A DNA stretch of 63,977 nucleotides, filler included, from Catajapyx aquilonaris (Eukaryota): NCBI GenBank assembly GCA_000934665.2. It is 2 parts of 2 records of this genome, joined end to end, with 100 filler letters (N's around TTAATTAATTAA, not from the genome) between each part and the next. Parts side by side here need not be neighbours in the genome. Positions count along the whole stretch, not along the records: positions 1 to 31,945 come from JYFJ02004470.1; positions 32,046 to 63,977 come from JYFJ02004476.1. One strand, written 5' to 3'. The translations under genes were made by a program, and so were the position numbers. Numbering within the stretch: position 1 is the first letter of the stretch; each line of letters begins with the position of its first letter. This document shows positions 26,154 to 37,667 of this stretch, one piece after another. The notes beneath the pieces were generated by a model. The model was not told the DNA's origin. It did not search any database and saw only the letters and a list, made by a program, of their open reading frames with translations.

Positions 26154-27622
26154 GGCGACTATTGTGTGTCTATAAAGCGTATAGAAGCATCAGATGTAAT
26201 AAACCCGACAATTATAATGCGTTTCGTATTGGTCGCGGTCCAAACAGCATTTGATTGATTCAGTTATAAGCGACTTCCTGGGTTGATCGTTAGCGATTGA
26301 TTGGTTGCGACACCGAGTTGTGTACATGTAAACAATTACCTCCGTAGTAAGTGAATATTCAATATATTATATTGCATCGATACTTTTTGTTGACTTTTTC
26401 GAGGCCAAGTTGGTTGGACAATTTCTCCCGACAACCAATACACAACTTCATAAACGGGTGTCAGAAGTTGCTAAGAGGTGGCGGTACACACTGCGCATGA
26501 CTTTATTACCGAAGCGGAATAACTCGAACTCTAGGTGCAGTTGCAGTCATACACACTGCATGAAGTGCACCGTCCGCACAAGTGTGCTTTTTGATGTATT
26601 AAGTTCATGTATGTAAGCACTATGCACTACATATGCAAACCGGTGTTATTAGTTTTTGAAAAATTCGATGACAATTATATTTGAGCGTAATGGTGTATTT
26701 AAATTATTTGTAGCGCATGACCATAACGTTCATATCGGCAATGCTTGGAGATATCGGTCGTCTGATACTGTGTTTCTGGGCCAAGTTGAAACAACGATTT
26801 TTTGGTTGGCTCAATCAACCTCAAAGCAACCAGCTCCCAACTTTTCAGTCGGGTGGCAGAAGTTGCCAGGAGGTGGACGTACTTACTGCGCATGACCTAC
26901 AATATTGCAGGGGTGGGNGGGGGGGGGGCAGCTATGCAGGCCCATCTCTTGTCAACTTCTGACACCCGGGTAAAAAGTCGGGTGCTGGTTGTGCTGAGGT
27001 TGAGGTACGCATAACCTTCCCCACAGCCCACATAGCACCACATACACGTGCTACATTAATTATTAGATAACTATGATCACACAAACCGAGCTATACTTCG
27101 GACCAATCGTTGGCGTCTCCTGTGCCTAATTTGAATATGAAAATTTACAGTATAATTGGGCAAATAACTTCACTTTTCATCTGTTGATCAAGTATGAATT
27201 ATACTGGTAGTGAGTCGTTTATCGCTGACGTTCTTTTTCATGCCTGATATTAATAGCATGTCATGTCTGATAAATATATTAGCTAGGCATGCAACTTTAT
27301 TGAAGGTTTTGAGATATTGAAATCTGCAAAGACTGCGATTTGCACATGGCATCTGTAATAAATAGCACCTTTTGTAATGGCGCGTTATTATATACCGGGA
27401 CTGAAAAGATTGTCACCGGGACTATTATTTCTTGTAATACGTCACTCAGCGGGAAGTTGCAATGATAAACGACTGTTGCCATGAGCTGTCCTCATACTAA
27501 GCCACTAGAGCTGAACTTGACCCGAGGGAATAGCAAATCAGGTAAGAATCGCTTTATGGCATACGGTATATGAATAACTGCATTGTTTCTCACTTAGGTT
27601 GTGGATAGAGACACCCCAAAAA

Positions 27623-29905
27623 ATGTACAAGAATCGGGAAATTTTGCACTATCCAAGAACAAGATTCGCTTCAAGTAACCGACGTCCAAATTTAACTCCA
27701 GTGTTAAAAGCCGAGCCGGAATGGCCACCTCAACATCACAAAAATTCGAGTCAAAATATTCAGTCTTTATTCGAATATGCCTACATGTGTGTGAAGGATT
27801 ACTGTGACAACACTTCTCTTCATGGATTCAAATACATTACCCAACATTCCAAACTGAAATGCGAAAGGTACGATTGTACGGTATATAAATGAGTGAGATT
27901 CAGCCAGTGACCTTTTGATACATATGTTTACAGGTTTTTGTGGGTCTTGCTGTGTTCATGCACAATAATCGGAACAGTTATTTACATGCATCCTTTTATG
28001 GAGAAATTCTTAAGCACTCCGATCTCAACCACTATTGCGTCTACGGGTGAACCTGTTTGGACTATTCCGTTTCCAGGAGTCACCATCTGTAACGTGAACA
28101 AGGCCACAAAGTCACAGATTCAGATTATGTCAAACACGTCATTGTAAGTACAGTTTCTTAGTACTTATCATTGTGTCCAGTACGTCAAAAAAATGTGAAA
28201 AAACCAATGTAGCACGGTGGATGTTTCTCTTTCTTCACCTTGATAGAGTTCTGATGGTGCACCAGGATTAGTTTGTCTTAATCCTTTCTCAACTTGTTTC
28301 AGCTGGAAAAAATATCCTCCAGAAGTCATTAATGATGTCATTCGTTATGTTGCTAAAATTGGCCACGTCCAAGCCAACCGTGCGAGTACAACAATACCAG
28401 AAGACCTGCTGGAAAGTGCAATTGACGAACAAGTTCAAGGGGAAGGCTTGAGCCATCTAATGGAACAAGTGCGTAATAATGTCAATTGTTGGCTATGCAC
28501 CAATAATTGTTTCTAATTAACGTTTGCAGGTCACGCAACCAATTGAGCGCATGGCTCTGAAGTGTTGGTGGATTAGTCGTGCCTTCAATTGTTCTGAAAT
28601 GCTTCAATTGAGGCACACTGACACTGGGTTTTGTTGGGGGTTTAACACCGTGGCTATGACACTAGCCAATGGCATGTAAGTCCTTACTAGCCACTGAAAT
28701 ATTTTTAATTAATAATATTTTACACCAGTAATATTTATAGAGAAGATGTTTTTACACCCGTGCGAGTCAATGGAGCTGGACACAATGTTGGACTGACAGT
28801 TCTGTTGAATCCGGATGTGGAACAATATTACGCCTATTCTAACAACGTGTACGGTTTCAAGGTACGGCACCGACATGCCTTTCTATTCCTACATAAACAT
28901 ATGCACATTTTTGTTTAGGTTCGGATTCACTACCCGATGGACTTTCCAAACGTGGCCTCCAAGTCATTTTTAGTCGATTCGGGTAAAGAGGTGCACGTGG
29001 CGGTCACTCCGATATTCACACAGAGCACCAAGAACATTAGGAACACAGCCAGAGCCAACAGACATTGTCGCTTTGAGGACGAGCACAATTTGGATTACTT
29101 CCCAACGTACAGTGCTGTCAATTGTCGCCTGGAATGTCTGTTGTTCACTATGAGAACAGCGTGTGGATGCGTGCCATACATGTTCTCAATGCTTAGTAAG
29201 TTACAGTTTAGCTTACAATTTAGCAGACTATTTTAAACTTATTACATTATTTTCAGAAAACCAGACTCGGTGTAGATACAGGGGATTGAAATGCATCAAT
29301 GAACTCTTGAGTATGACGCCGTATTTGACACACTGGTTTATGAAAAGGGTTAATTTAAAAATATTTCAGGTAAGGTTTTGACAGAAACAGAGGGTGACAA
29401 GGATGCGAGGAAATGCGATTGTCCTCCGGGTTGTATATCGTTTGGATACAGCTACGAACAGAGTCAGGCGTCGTTTCCCATGTTTCCAGACGACTTGAAG
29501 TTGCCTGGACCTGACTATAACAAGTGAGCCTCTAACAGTAGCACACTATTTACAGTAGGAACGTAACAATCATAATCTGCAGGAGCCACTTGGTTCTGCT
29601 CAGAGTGTTCTTCAAAGACGAAACATATGTCCAGTTCGAAAGAGACGTCATGTACACGGCGAACGACTTTGTTGGTAATTAATGAATATTGCATACTCAC
29701 AATATATTAATCAATGCAAATGTAATTACATTGTAATATATTTGTGACATGTGTTTCAGCATCGTTTGGAGGAATAGTTGGTCTGTTCATAGGATTCAGT
29801 TTCATCAGTGTGGCGGAACTGATCTACTTTCTTGCCATCAAGCCATTCTTGCACTGGAACAGGTTTATGACCCGGAACAAGGTGACTACTATCAATGTAC
29901 GTTAG
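27623..29905 (+). CDS. ppk: Pickpocket family DEG/ENaC sodium channel subunit, ~540 aa (10 coding exons)
   Basis: Exons: 27623-27867, 27934-28143, 28303-28468, 28530-28675, 28729-28861, 28919-29195, 29257-29310, 29370-29523, 29583-29674, 29760-29905 (1623 nt, GT-AG, in phase). Motifs: TSLHGFKYI (HG), TM1, FPGVTICN, GFCWGFN, Cys-rich thumb (NCRLEC..CGCVPY, CDCPPGC), and TM2 FGGIVGLFIGFSFISVAELIYF with the G-x-S filter. The specific ppk ortholog cannot be assigned by eye. Confidence 0.92.
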
Positions 29906-30524
29906 AAATATTAAAAGACATGTAGGTAATACAGTACATACCATGCCTTACACATATTGTTGTGTGCTTTGAATCTTCTGTTGATCTTTTAATGTAATGA
30001 GAAATGCCTATAATGGCTTCAGTTGTGATTCATGAAATTACTTTCCTTGAAATCTTATTAGCAATAGAGGTGATGAGTGTGTTTCTGCAAAAAATATTTA
30101 TTGAAGCTCCCAGAATATGGTAGAAAGAAATAAAATAATTCTTGCCATCTGCTAGTATTATTTCTGATCGTGCAGTACTCTGGTATACTACTCTTGTCCA
30201 GTTCATATTAAATTGATAAGTACAACGGCCATAAGAGTTCGTATCAACCACATCATTGACCGGCACGGTTCAGTGTACTTTGCAATTTACGCAATAATAC
30301 CCTGCGTGTAGTAGATTGCTTGCTGTTGTGGGCTCATAATGTGTTTGGACAGTAATTCCAGAAACCTTGATGTGACTAACCCGCAAATTCTTGTTGACGC
30401 GCATTTTGGCAATGTCAATGTCAAGTTTTTTCTGTATTCCATCAATCTTGAAAGTACTCCTAAAGAATGATTATTCACTGCTTGACAATATGGGCTCGCA
30501 CTTCAAGAGAGTTAGGATCCACAT

Positions 30525-30834
30525 ATTAATAGAGTCCGTTTTTTAGGCAAATGCCTATTTAGTTCATTTGCAGTTGGGATGGTTTTGTGAAGAGATCTAT
30601 CAGTTTCATAAATGTAGGATGCGGAAAATGTAGGTTTTATAGTGCCTAAAATGGCATATTTCGCGGTTTGGGGAACTACGAGTATTTTGTCTATTCTGGC
30701 TTTTCTCGACTTTTCATGCCTATTTTAGGTTTTTTTCATGCCTATTTAAGTGCTGATGCCAGGGTTTTTTCGTGACTATATTTCAGGTTTTTTGTCATTT
30801 TGTGCCTAGAAATCCGGATTCTGTAGTTATTAAT
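30525..30834. mobile_element. Degenerate small TIR element
   Basis: Left ATTAATAGAGTCCGTTTTTTAGGCA is an imperfect inverted repeat of right TGCCTAGAAATCCGGATTCTGTAGTTATTAAT. Internal GCCTATTT repeats. Confidence 0.4.
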
Positions 30835-30840
30835 TATCAA

Positions 30841-30863
30841 GAGAGAGAGAGAGAGAGAGAGAG
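30841..30863. repeat. (GA)n microsatellite
   Basis: About 11 GA units. Confidence 0.95.
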
Positions 30864-31805
30864 TCATTGCAATCCACACAAATTATAGTGTTTTCCTTCT
30901 GGGACATGCGACACTGTAATCGCAACAATACTTATAACCTATTGACAGCACTATATGTGCTTTCAATGGCCAAACTGACAGTGAGTGATGGATATTGGAA
31001 AATAATTGAGCTAAACACTAATAATTTTATTTCTTTCCTTTTAATTTGCCTATTAGTGTCCAACAACAGGCAAGTATTTAGAATATATTTTTATTTGTTT
31101 ATTTATATCTCACATCAGAGCTAAACATTTTGAAATATATAACGGAAGATATAGTTTACAGTACTTGTACTATGCCTTGGATGTAATTAACTGGTGCTGC
31201 AGCGAATAGTTATCGAAAACCTGGAACATATTATGTAGTTGTAAATGTGAAATCGCTGCGCCAATAATTTTGAGTACTTAAAGAAGATATTTCATGTTGC
31301 GCAGTTGCAGATTTGTACTTTAGTGACATTGCAAAATTATAAATGAAGAAGAAATGATTCAAGGTCAGACGTATCGACTTGGACAATTTACGAAAGCATT
31401 AGAGGTGATTGTCGTACACAAATACGACATTCGGAGATACTGTTCCAATTTTCTGATGCAATTGCTGTGAAAGCACGAGGTACTGTATCATTGCATCTTT
31501 GATAATGTGAACATGCAATCAATAGCTATTTAGTTTTTCGTGCGTCAAATTGCTGAGTAACCGAGCGAATGTGTGTCACAACATTAGATACGGAGCACAA
31601 TGTTGAACAGCCCAATTTCTCACGCAAGGCCGATCCTACAAGAAAGCAAATTATTGCAATTTTTTCAATTATGAACTAGCCTATAATAATTCAACAGCTG
31701 CGGATATAAAACTTGGCTTACAGTTCGACTTGGCTTACAGTTCCTGAGCAAAAGGTATTTGTTGCCAATGCGATTCGGAACATGTGACACTCCAGATTCG
31801 CAAAC

Positions 31806-31945
31806 ATGGGTGCATTCCCGCTGTCCATCTTCATCGTTGCATCTCTCTTGAGCACCATCAGCACCATCAATGTGCCCGTCAATTCCTTGCAAACCGACAC
31901 CGACGAGCACTTCTTCGCCCACTTTCTGGACATCCTCATAAGTCA
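31806..31945 (+). CDS. Probable 5' end of a secreted or membrane protein, cut off by the gap
   Basis: TATAAAA at 31705-31711 and start context CAAACATGG. The N-terminus MGAFPLSIFIVASLLSTIST is signal-peptide-like and the frame stays open up to the Ns. Confidence 0.45.
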
Positions 31946-32045
31946 NNNNNNNNNNNNNNNNNNNNNNNNNNNNNNNNNNNNNNNNNNNNTTAATTAATTA
32001 ANNNNNNNNNNNNNNNNNNNNNNNNNNNNNNNNNNNNNNNNNNNN
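31946..32045. other. Artificial assembly linker/gap
   Basis: Exactly 44 N + TTAATTAATTAA (stop codons in all six frames) + 44 N = 100 bp. Confidence 0.95.
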
Positions 32046-32898
32046 CCAGCAGCGAAATTCATCCTTTTTCTGGACCAATTAAAGCCTGCACATATTGATT
32101 TCCTATATTCACATCTTTCCTTTGCTTCAAATTGATCAGTTCCCCGGTGCAAGCTGAGACCCTCCCATCCATCGTAATGTGGCTTGCTCATTAAGCTTCA
32201 ACCGCCAACAACGCTCCTTTTTTTTTGCAGGATCACTATTACTTTTTCCAATTCGTATACGTCACGTTGTGTTACTGGCAATAAACATTCCCTTTCGCAT
32301 ATTCAATAAATATTTTCTTGCACATAACCAATGGGGTGAGTGCTACTATCAGTTATACACTGCGATGTGCAGCACAGAACGATTGTCCGAAATAATAGCC
32401 GCCTGATAGAACTTTTGGCTCATTTCAAATCCATGCATAATAAGGACGAATCAACACTCCATTTCTATGAATGATTGATCAACTTCTGGCAATAATTTGT
32501 CATGAAATATGCATTTTTAGCATCCACATGGGGAAGTTTGTGCCAAATATTAGAATTTTCTACTGCACTGCCTAAGGGTTAAAGGCAGACCAAAACTACT
32601 GGAGTGTCAAGTGCCCTTTTTTTGCATGGCTACAGTGACTACGTAAAATAATTTATTAGGAGTTAAATCGCCGTAAGTGTCGCCCTTTACCCCAAAATGG
32701 AGGCGTGGTAACAATACATGGCCGCGTTTTTGTTTATTCAGATTAAATAGTGTACACTATACAGCTTTGCATTGTGACATTTGTTTCAAACTACTCTAAC
32801 TGCAATATTTAACTCCATATTTCAATACGTCATACTCAATTTTCATTTATACGTCATTACCTGCAAACTACCTGATCAGACTGATTTTGTTCATTTAA

Positions 32899-33365
32899 AG
32901 GGACACTCCACCAAAAAAACAAGTTTGGCTCTAAAAATCGGGCAAAAAAATCCTGAAACCGAAGGTGCAATCGGTTTTTCGCTTCGCGGAACGATAATCC
33001 CAGGGCGAGGGGTTAAAGTGGGGAAATTCAAATAGTGCGCTAGAAGCTGGGCGTCTGCCAGCGACGCCCTCGGGACCTTGGGAACTGGAGGGTTGCTTCT
33101 AGAGATGGGACTATCGATGGTTTACTTGTGGCATATCGATATATATCGCCACTTCCATATATCGATAGTATCGGATCCCAGAGCGGTGTAGCCCTCCAGT
33201 TCCCCTGTTCCCCGCGTGGCGGCGCCACTCATTAGCAGACGACACACTTTGACACCTCGCCCTGGGATTACTGTTCCGCGTAGCGAAAAACGAATTGCAC
33301 CGTCTGATTCAGGATTTTTTGCCCGATTTTTAGAGCCAAACTGGTTTTTTGAGTGGAGTATCCCT
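32899..33365. mobile_element. Kolobok/T2-like palindromic MITE, copy A
   Basis: TTAA|AGGGACACTCCAC ... GTGGAGTATCCCT|TTAA, with imperfect inverted arms along most of its length. Termini shared with 54663-55169. Confidence 0.8.
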
Positions 33366-36300
33366 TTAAAACAAGATCGGCAAATCACGAGATAGTGATT
33401 CAATGAGACTTTCTCATTCTTTCAAGTACCGTATGCGCATGTGAATCAATATATCGATACCGAGATATCGCAACGTATCGATTCCAGTATCGGCCTGGCC
33501 GAGGACGCGCATCGCAAACATGTCCAACGTCAGGAATTAATTCCACAGCCCCTGTGCCAGAACCCCAGGTAACACCCTGCGTAAATCCCCGACACACTTG
33601 GTCAAGAATCCAGGGAAACGAATTTCGAAATCCTACGATAACTCGCCTGTAATGTAGACTTGTGCGGATAGAGTGAACCCGGAAAACCGAAAGTGGCAGG
33701 TCACCCGAAGTTGACTATGAAACCTATTTAGGTCACGCTTAATCAGAATCTGAAAACTGTTTATGGCTATCTCTTGCGGTTTAGACCCTGGTACCTGTCC
33801 ACAGACGGACGGACTACTTGTATGCCATTTTTTAAATGAGAAAAGTCTTTAAAAAAAGTGCTGCATGATTCCATATAACTGCTAAAGCTTCTACTGGCAC
33901 AAAAGTAGCAACTCTGCATTTGACGTCACTACATCCTCCATATAAACCTGGGGCCAAGCCGACAGCGGTCCTATTCTTCCCTCTAGTGTCGTTTGGCACT
34001 TGAAACATTGTTGCCCAAAACGTCATAATTTATATTTTCTTCCCAAGTCACGTAATAAAACGAGTTTTAGTGAGAGTGACTAACTCCCAGCATCGTGCTT
34101 AGGTATAGTGTCAGCTAGCCAGTGCTCTCTGTGTGGTAATGACGATTCCCAGTACTTCCTCATGGTGCTGTAGCTTTGTGGGGCCATCATCCATCGTGCC
34201 GGAGCTTCCAGTCATAATTTATGAAGTGGTGCAGACCAAGAGGGAGATTAATACGAGCCCTGCTTGGTCTCCACCTAAAAGATTCCTCAAATTGCGGCAA
34301 GCAATCTCCCTCTTCTCGTCTTATCCATTTTGCTCGGCCCCAACACTGCTTCTCGCGCGCCCACTTAATCAGTTTATCCGATTATTTATAACCCAACCAC
34401 GAACATGTCATATTGTACTGTAAGTTACGAAGTAGGGTGTAGTGTAACTTGGCGCTCGTGGTTTTTCTGAGCGTCATATATGAATAAAAGAAAAATCGTT
34501 GGGAATTGCATCGACGCGCTCGGTACATTAGGAAAAAAAAAAATGCCACTTTGAGAATATAATCCAGTCTATCCCGCATATTAATGTACACTGTTTATAA
34601 ATTATTTATTGGTAGCTTGGAATATGCACAACAGATGATGGATGACTGAATCACTAGATCTGAAGCAGTTTATGAATTATTGTGTATGTGCAGAACAGGT
34701 TCCTATAATTAAGGACTTGTACGGGTAAGTGATGACCTGCTAACAGCCCCAACAATTGCCCAAAAAAGGGCATCGTCCCAACTCAGCAGTTGCGTCGAAA
34801 TAGGAATGCAAAAGGCGGTCTTAGCACTGATCCCAATAGTTTACCGGGTTTCATTTCTACGTATTGATTCGATCGACTTATTGGAATTTTAATGGGCCTT
34901 GCGAGTATGATGGGCCACTGAACGCGACTTGAAAAGATAAAAATGAACTTGGCTCGCAGGGAAATGAGAGCCTCGACAAGACTGTCGTTCTACTAAAAGA
35001 AGAGACTCTGCACATTGCCATGAAGTCGTCAAGGCGAGGCAAATGTATAGAACGAAATACGTTTTACAGTAGATCGTGAGTGATGATGGTAATGACACTT
35101 CAGAAATTTTTTGGTGAAGAGTTACATTAATTGACTAAGTTATACTTTTCGGAAACATGGAGTTTCCATAAGTCCCAACGCTTGCTTCCTAATACTTTTC
35201 TCAATAAGATCTAACTTAACACCTAATTACACCATAAGGCATAACCTCTATAGTCTGCTCATCGTCACCATTGAGGTTCTGGGGCTGCAAAAAAATATAA
35301 ACCATTCGAGGGTGTGCTTGACGCTGGGCCTGCAAATGGGACATTGATGTGAAGCCTGACAAGTGAGAATGTCAACATTGTGACTCGGATTGGAACACTT
35401 CACTTTTGTGGTGCTTTATAAGAAAACTGACTTTTCCTTCAGAATATGCACATTAAAGACTAGACTGCACAATGCTTCACTCAATCCCGACAAAAATGTA
35501 TCATGTGATGGCATATGGCCAGCAAGTGTTGAACATGACCAACATAGTGAACATGTCCAAACTAACATTGTACAGAGGAATGGGTTTTTTTTCTGCTCCC
35601 ATCCCATCACTTCTCCTCTACTACACATGCAAAACAGGAGAGAGCACACGACTAAAAGCATGGTACATAATCAGAATAATTTATGTATGCATTAACAAGG
35701 ATCCCTTCCAGCTTACTTGACCAGAATCCATGATTAGATGTCGTTCAGTCACCTGCAATAAAAAGAACCCAGGGTGAGGCACGTTGAGCCTGAGAGGATT
35801 GAGGTTGAGAAACTATGCTGACTCAGGTATGAAATATCTACCTGAGAACTTAGTAGTCCCCGACAACTGAGCAATCATACACAATCCAGATAAGTTTATG
35901 TGCTAGTGACAACAATGATTTATTGCACAGCTCAACTCTGAACATAACACTACTGCAATTAACACAGTTTTACACTGGTTGGAGAGTTGGACACATCACA
36001 CAGGGACATTAAATATCAGGCTAGGCGTACCATGTTTCCAAATACTAGCACTACAACTACTGGCACAATATAAAAATTTGCTCATCCATCCCTTAAATGC
36101 AGTGTTCTTCCTTAAAAAGAATTTAGCAACCTGAAATTTTAACTCCTTCTACCTTTAAAAATTGACCAGAAACAGCACCAAGAATTGTCTTGTCTTTTAA
36201 AATCTGAAACAATATCCCTTTTCTTTGTTGATATTATTCCAACACAACAATTATGCACTGCGAATGAATTGGAATTTTTGCATTTGGATTTGGATTTTTC

Positions 36301-36488
36301 AATCTTTTCAACTTTTTTTCCCCTATCTGACTTGACGTTAATCTTACCTGCCTTTTTGTATATGATTATGAAGAAGAAGAAAAACACAAAAAACACCCCA
36401 TAAATACTGACGAAGATGTTTTTATAACCCATGTCAACCATATACTTTGTCCCACCAAAATCCCTCTCACTCACACTATCTTGTCCTT

Positions 36489-37529
36489 TTACACCTCCTC
36501 CTTAGACTGTGTGCCCCAGCTTGTTCCACTCCCCTCTGGGTCCCTGGTCAAAAACTGAACAAACTCCTGCAGCAAATCCTCCTGGTCATCAAACAAGTTT
36601 ACCATCTCCTGGTACAGTTCTGCCTCCAACAGATGCTTCCTCAGAAGTGCAGATGCAGCACCCTCCTCATCCACCTTGCCCTGGTTCTTCTGCCAAGTGT
36701 GTAATAAGTCAAGGAACACCTTGAACTTATCTGGTCGCCCTTCATAACGCCTCTTGACTTTGTCGACAAACTGGACCGCAAGGTTAACAATTGGTGATGT
36801 TGCTGATTCTGATGCAAACGGTGGCTCAACAGGAGCATTGTCCATTGGGTCAGCTCTCCCACCTACTTCTTCTGGTGCTACAGAAACTTCTGGAACCACA
36901 ACCGGCAGCTGGGTGGGGTTGGTGAGAGGGGACCCAGTTGGAACATTCTGAGATGTCGGAGTGTCCAACATCTGATCTGCACGCAGGACTTGAACCTTCC
37001 AACCAGCAGGAAGGTAATGAGGCATGGTCAGCATCAACTGTTCTCCACCAGGTAGTACTTCAACCTTCCAACCACGGGGCAGGAAAGCATTGAAGCCAAC
37101 AATCAACTCAATATGATCTCGGAAGAGGCTCGCGATACGTTCCACCATTCTTGCTGGGCATAATGACTCTTCGTCTGTGTCGTTCACAAGGTCGAGAAAA
37201 TCATGAAACAGCTGCGGTTTGTAGCTAACCGTGGACTCTACCTTGTCCAAATAGGCTGTCGCATCATTAATTCTCCGCCACACTTTGCGCTGTACATCGT
37301 CATCATGATTGCTGTCACCCGATGGAGCATCAGCTTGTTCGGTTGGTGGCGACCCGACACTCCCTGCCACTCCACTCGACCCTGAACTCCCTGAATCTGG
37401 ATTCGGAGGGTACTCTTGAGTTGCAGTTGCAGCTGCTGCTGCTGCTGCTGGGGGGCCTGTTGACATGGTACCAGGAGCTACCATAGGAGGAATGGTCTCT
37501 GAGCCTGCTTCGTCTGCATTCTTATTCAT
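36489..37529 (-). CDS. Truncated Sin3-like protein with two PAH domains only (~346 aa, single coding exon)
   Basis: PAH1-like RINDATAYLDKV...FHDFLDLV...RIASLFRDHIELIVGFNAFLPRGWKVE and PAH2-like NLAVQFVDKVKRRY..RPDKFKVFLDLLHTWQK...LYQEMVNLFDDQEDLLQEFVQFL. The stop falls 19 codons after PAH2. A likely acceptor TTGTTACAG| at 37582 precedes ATG 37529; the ORF track extends the frame to 37634. Confidence 0.85.
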   Translation of the reverse strand: MNKNADEAGSETIPPMVAPGTMSTGPPAAAAAAATATQEYPPNPDSGSSGSSGVAGSVGSPPTEQADAPSGDSNHDDDVQRKVWRRINDATAYLDKVESTVSYKPQLFHDFLDLVNDTDEESLCPARMVERIASLFRDHIELIVGFNAFLPRGWKVEVLPGGEQLMLTMPHYLPAGWKVQVLRADQMLDTPTSQNVPTGSPLTNPTQLPVVVPEVSVAPEEVGGRADPMDNAPVEPPFASESATSPIVNLAVQFVDKVKRRYEGRPDKFKVFLDLLHTWQKNQGKVDEEGAASALLRKHLLEAELYQEMVNLFDDQEDLLQEFVQFLTRDPEGSGTSWGTQSKEEV

Positions 37530-37667
37530 CGTGGACGTAGCGGTTTTTGTGAAGTCAGGAACACAATGGGAACTGTGTAACCTGTAACAACAAAGCACAT
37601 TCCCAGTAACACATGGAAGTACAACAATGTCCATGAAATTGTCTGAATAATTATGTTCATTACAAAT

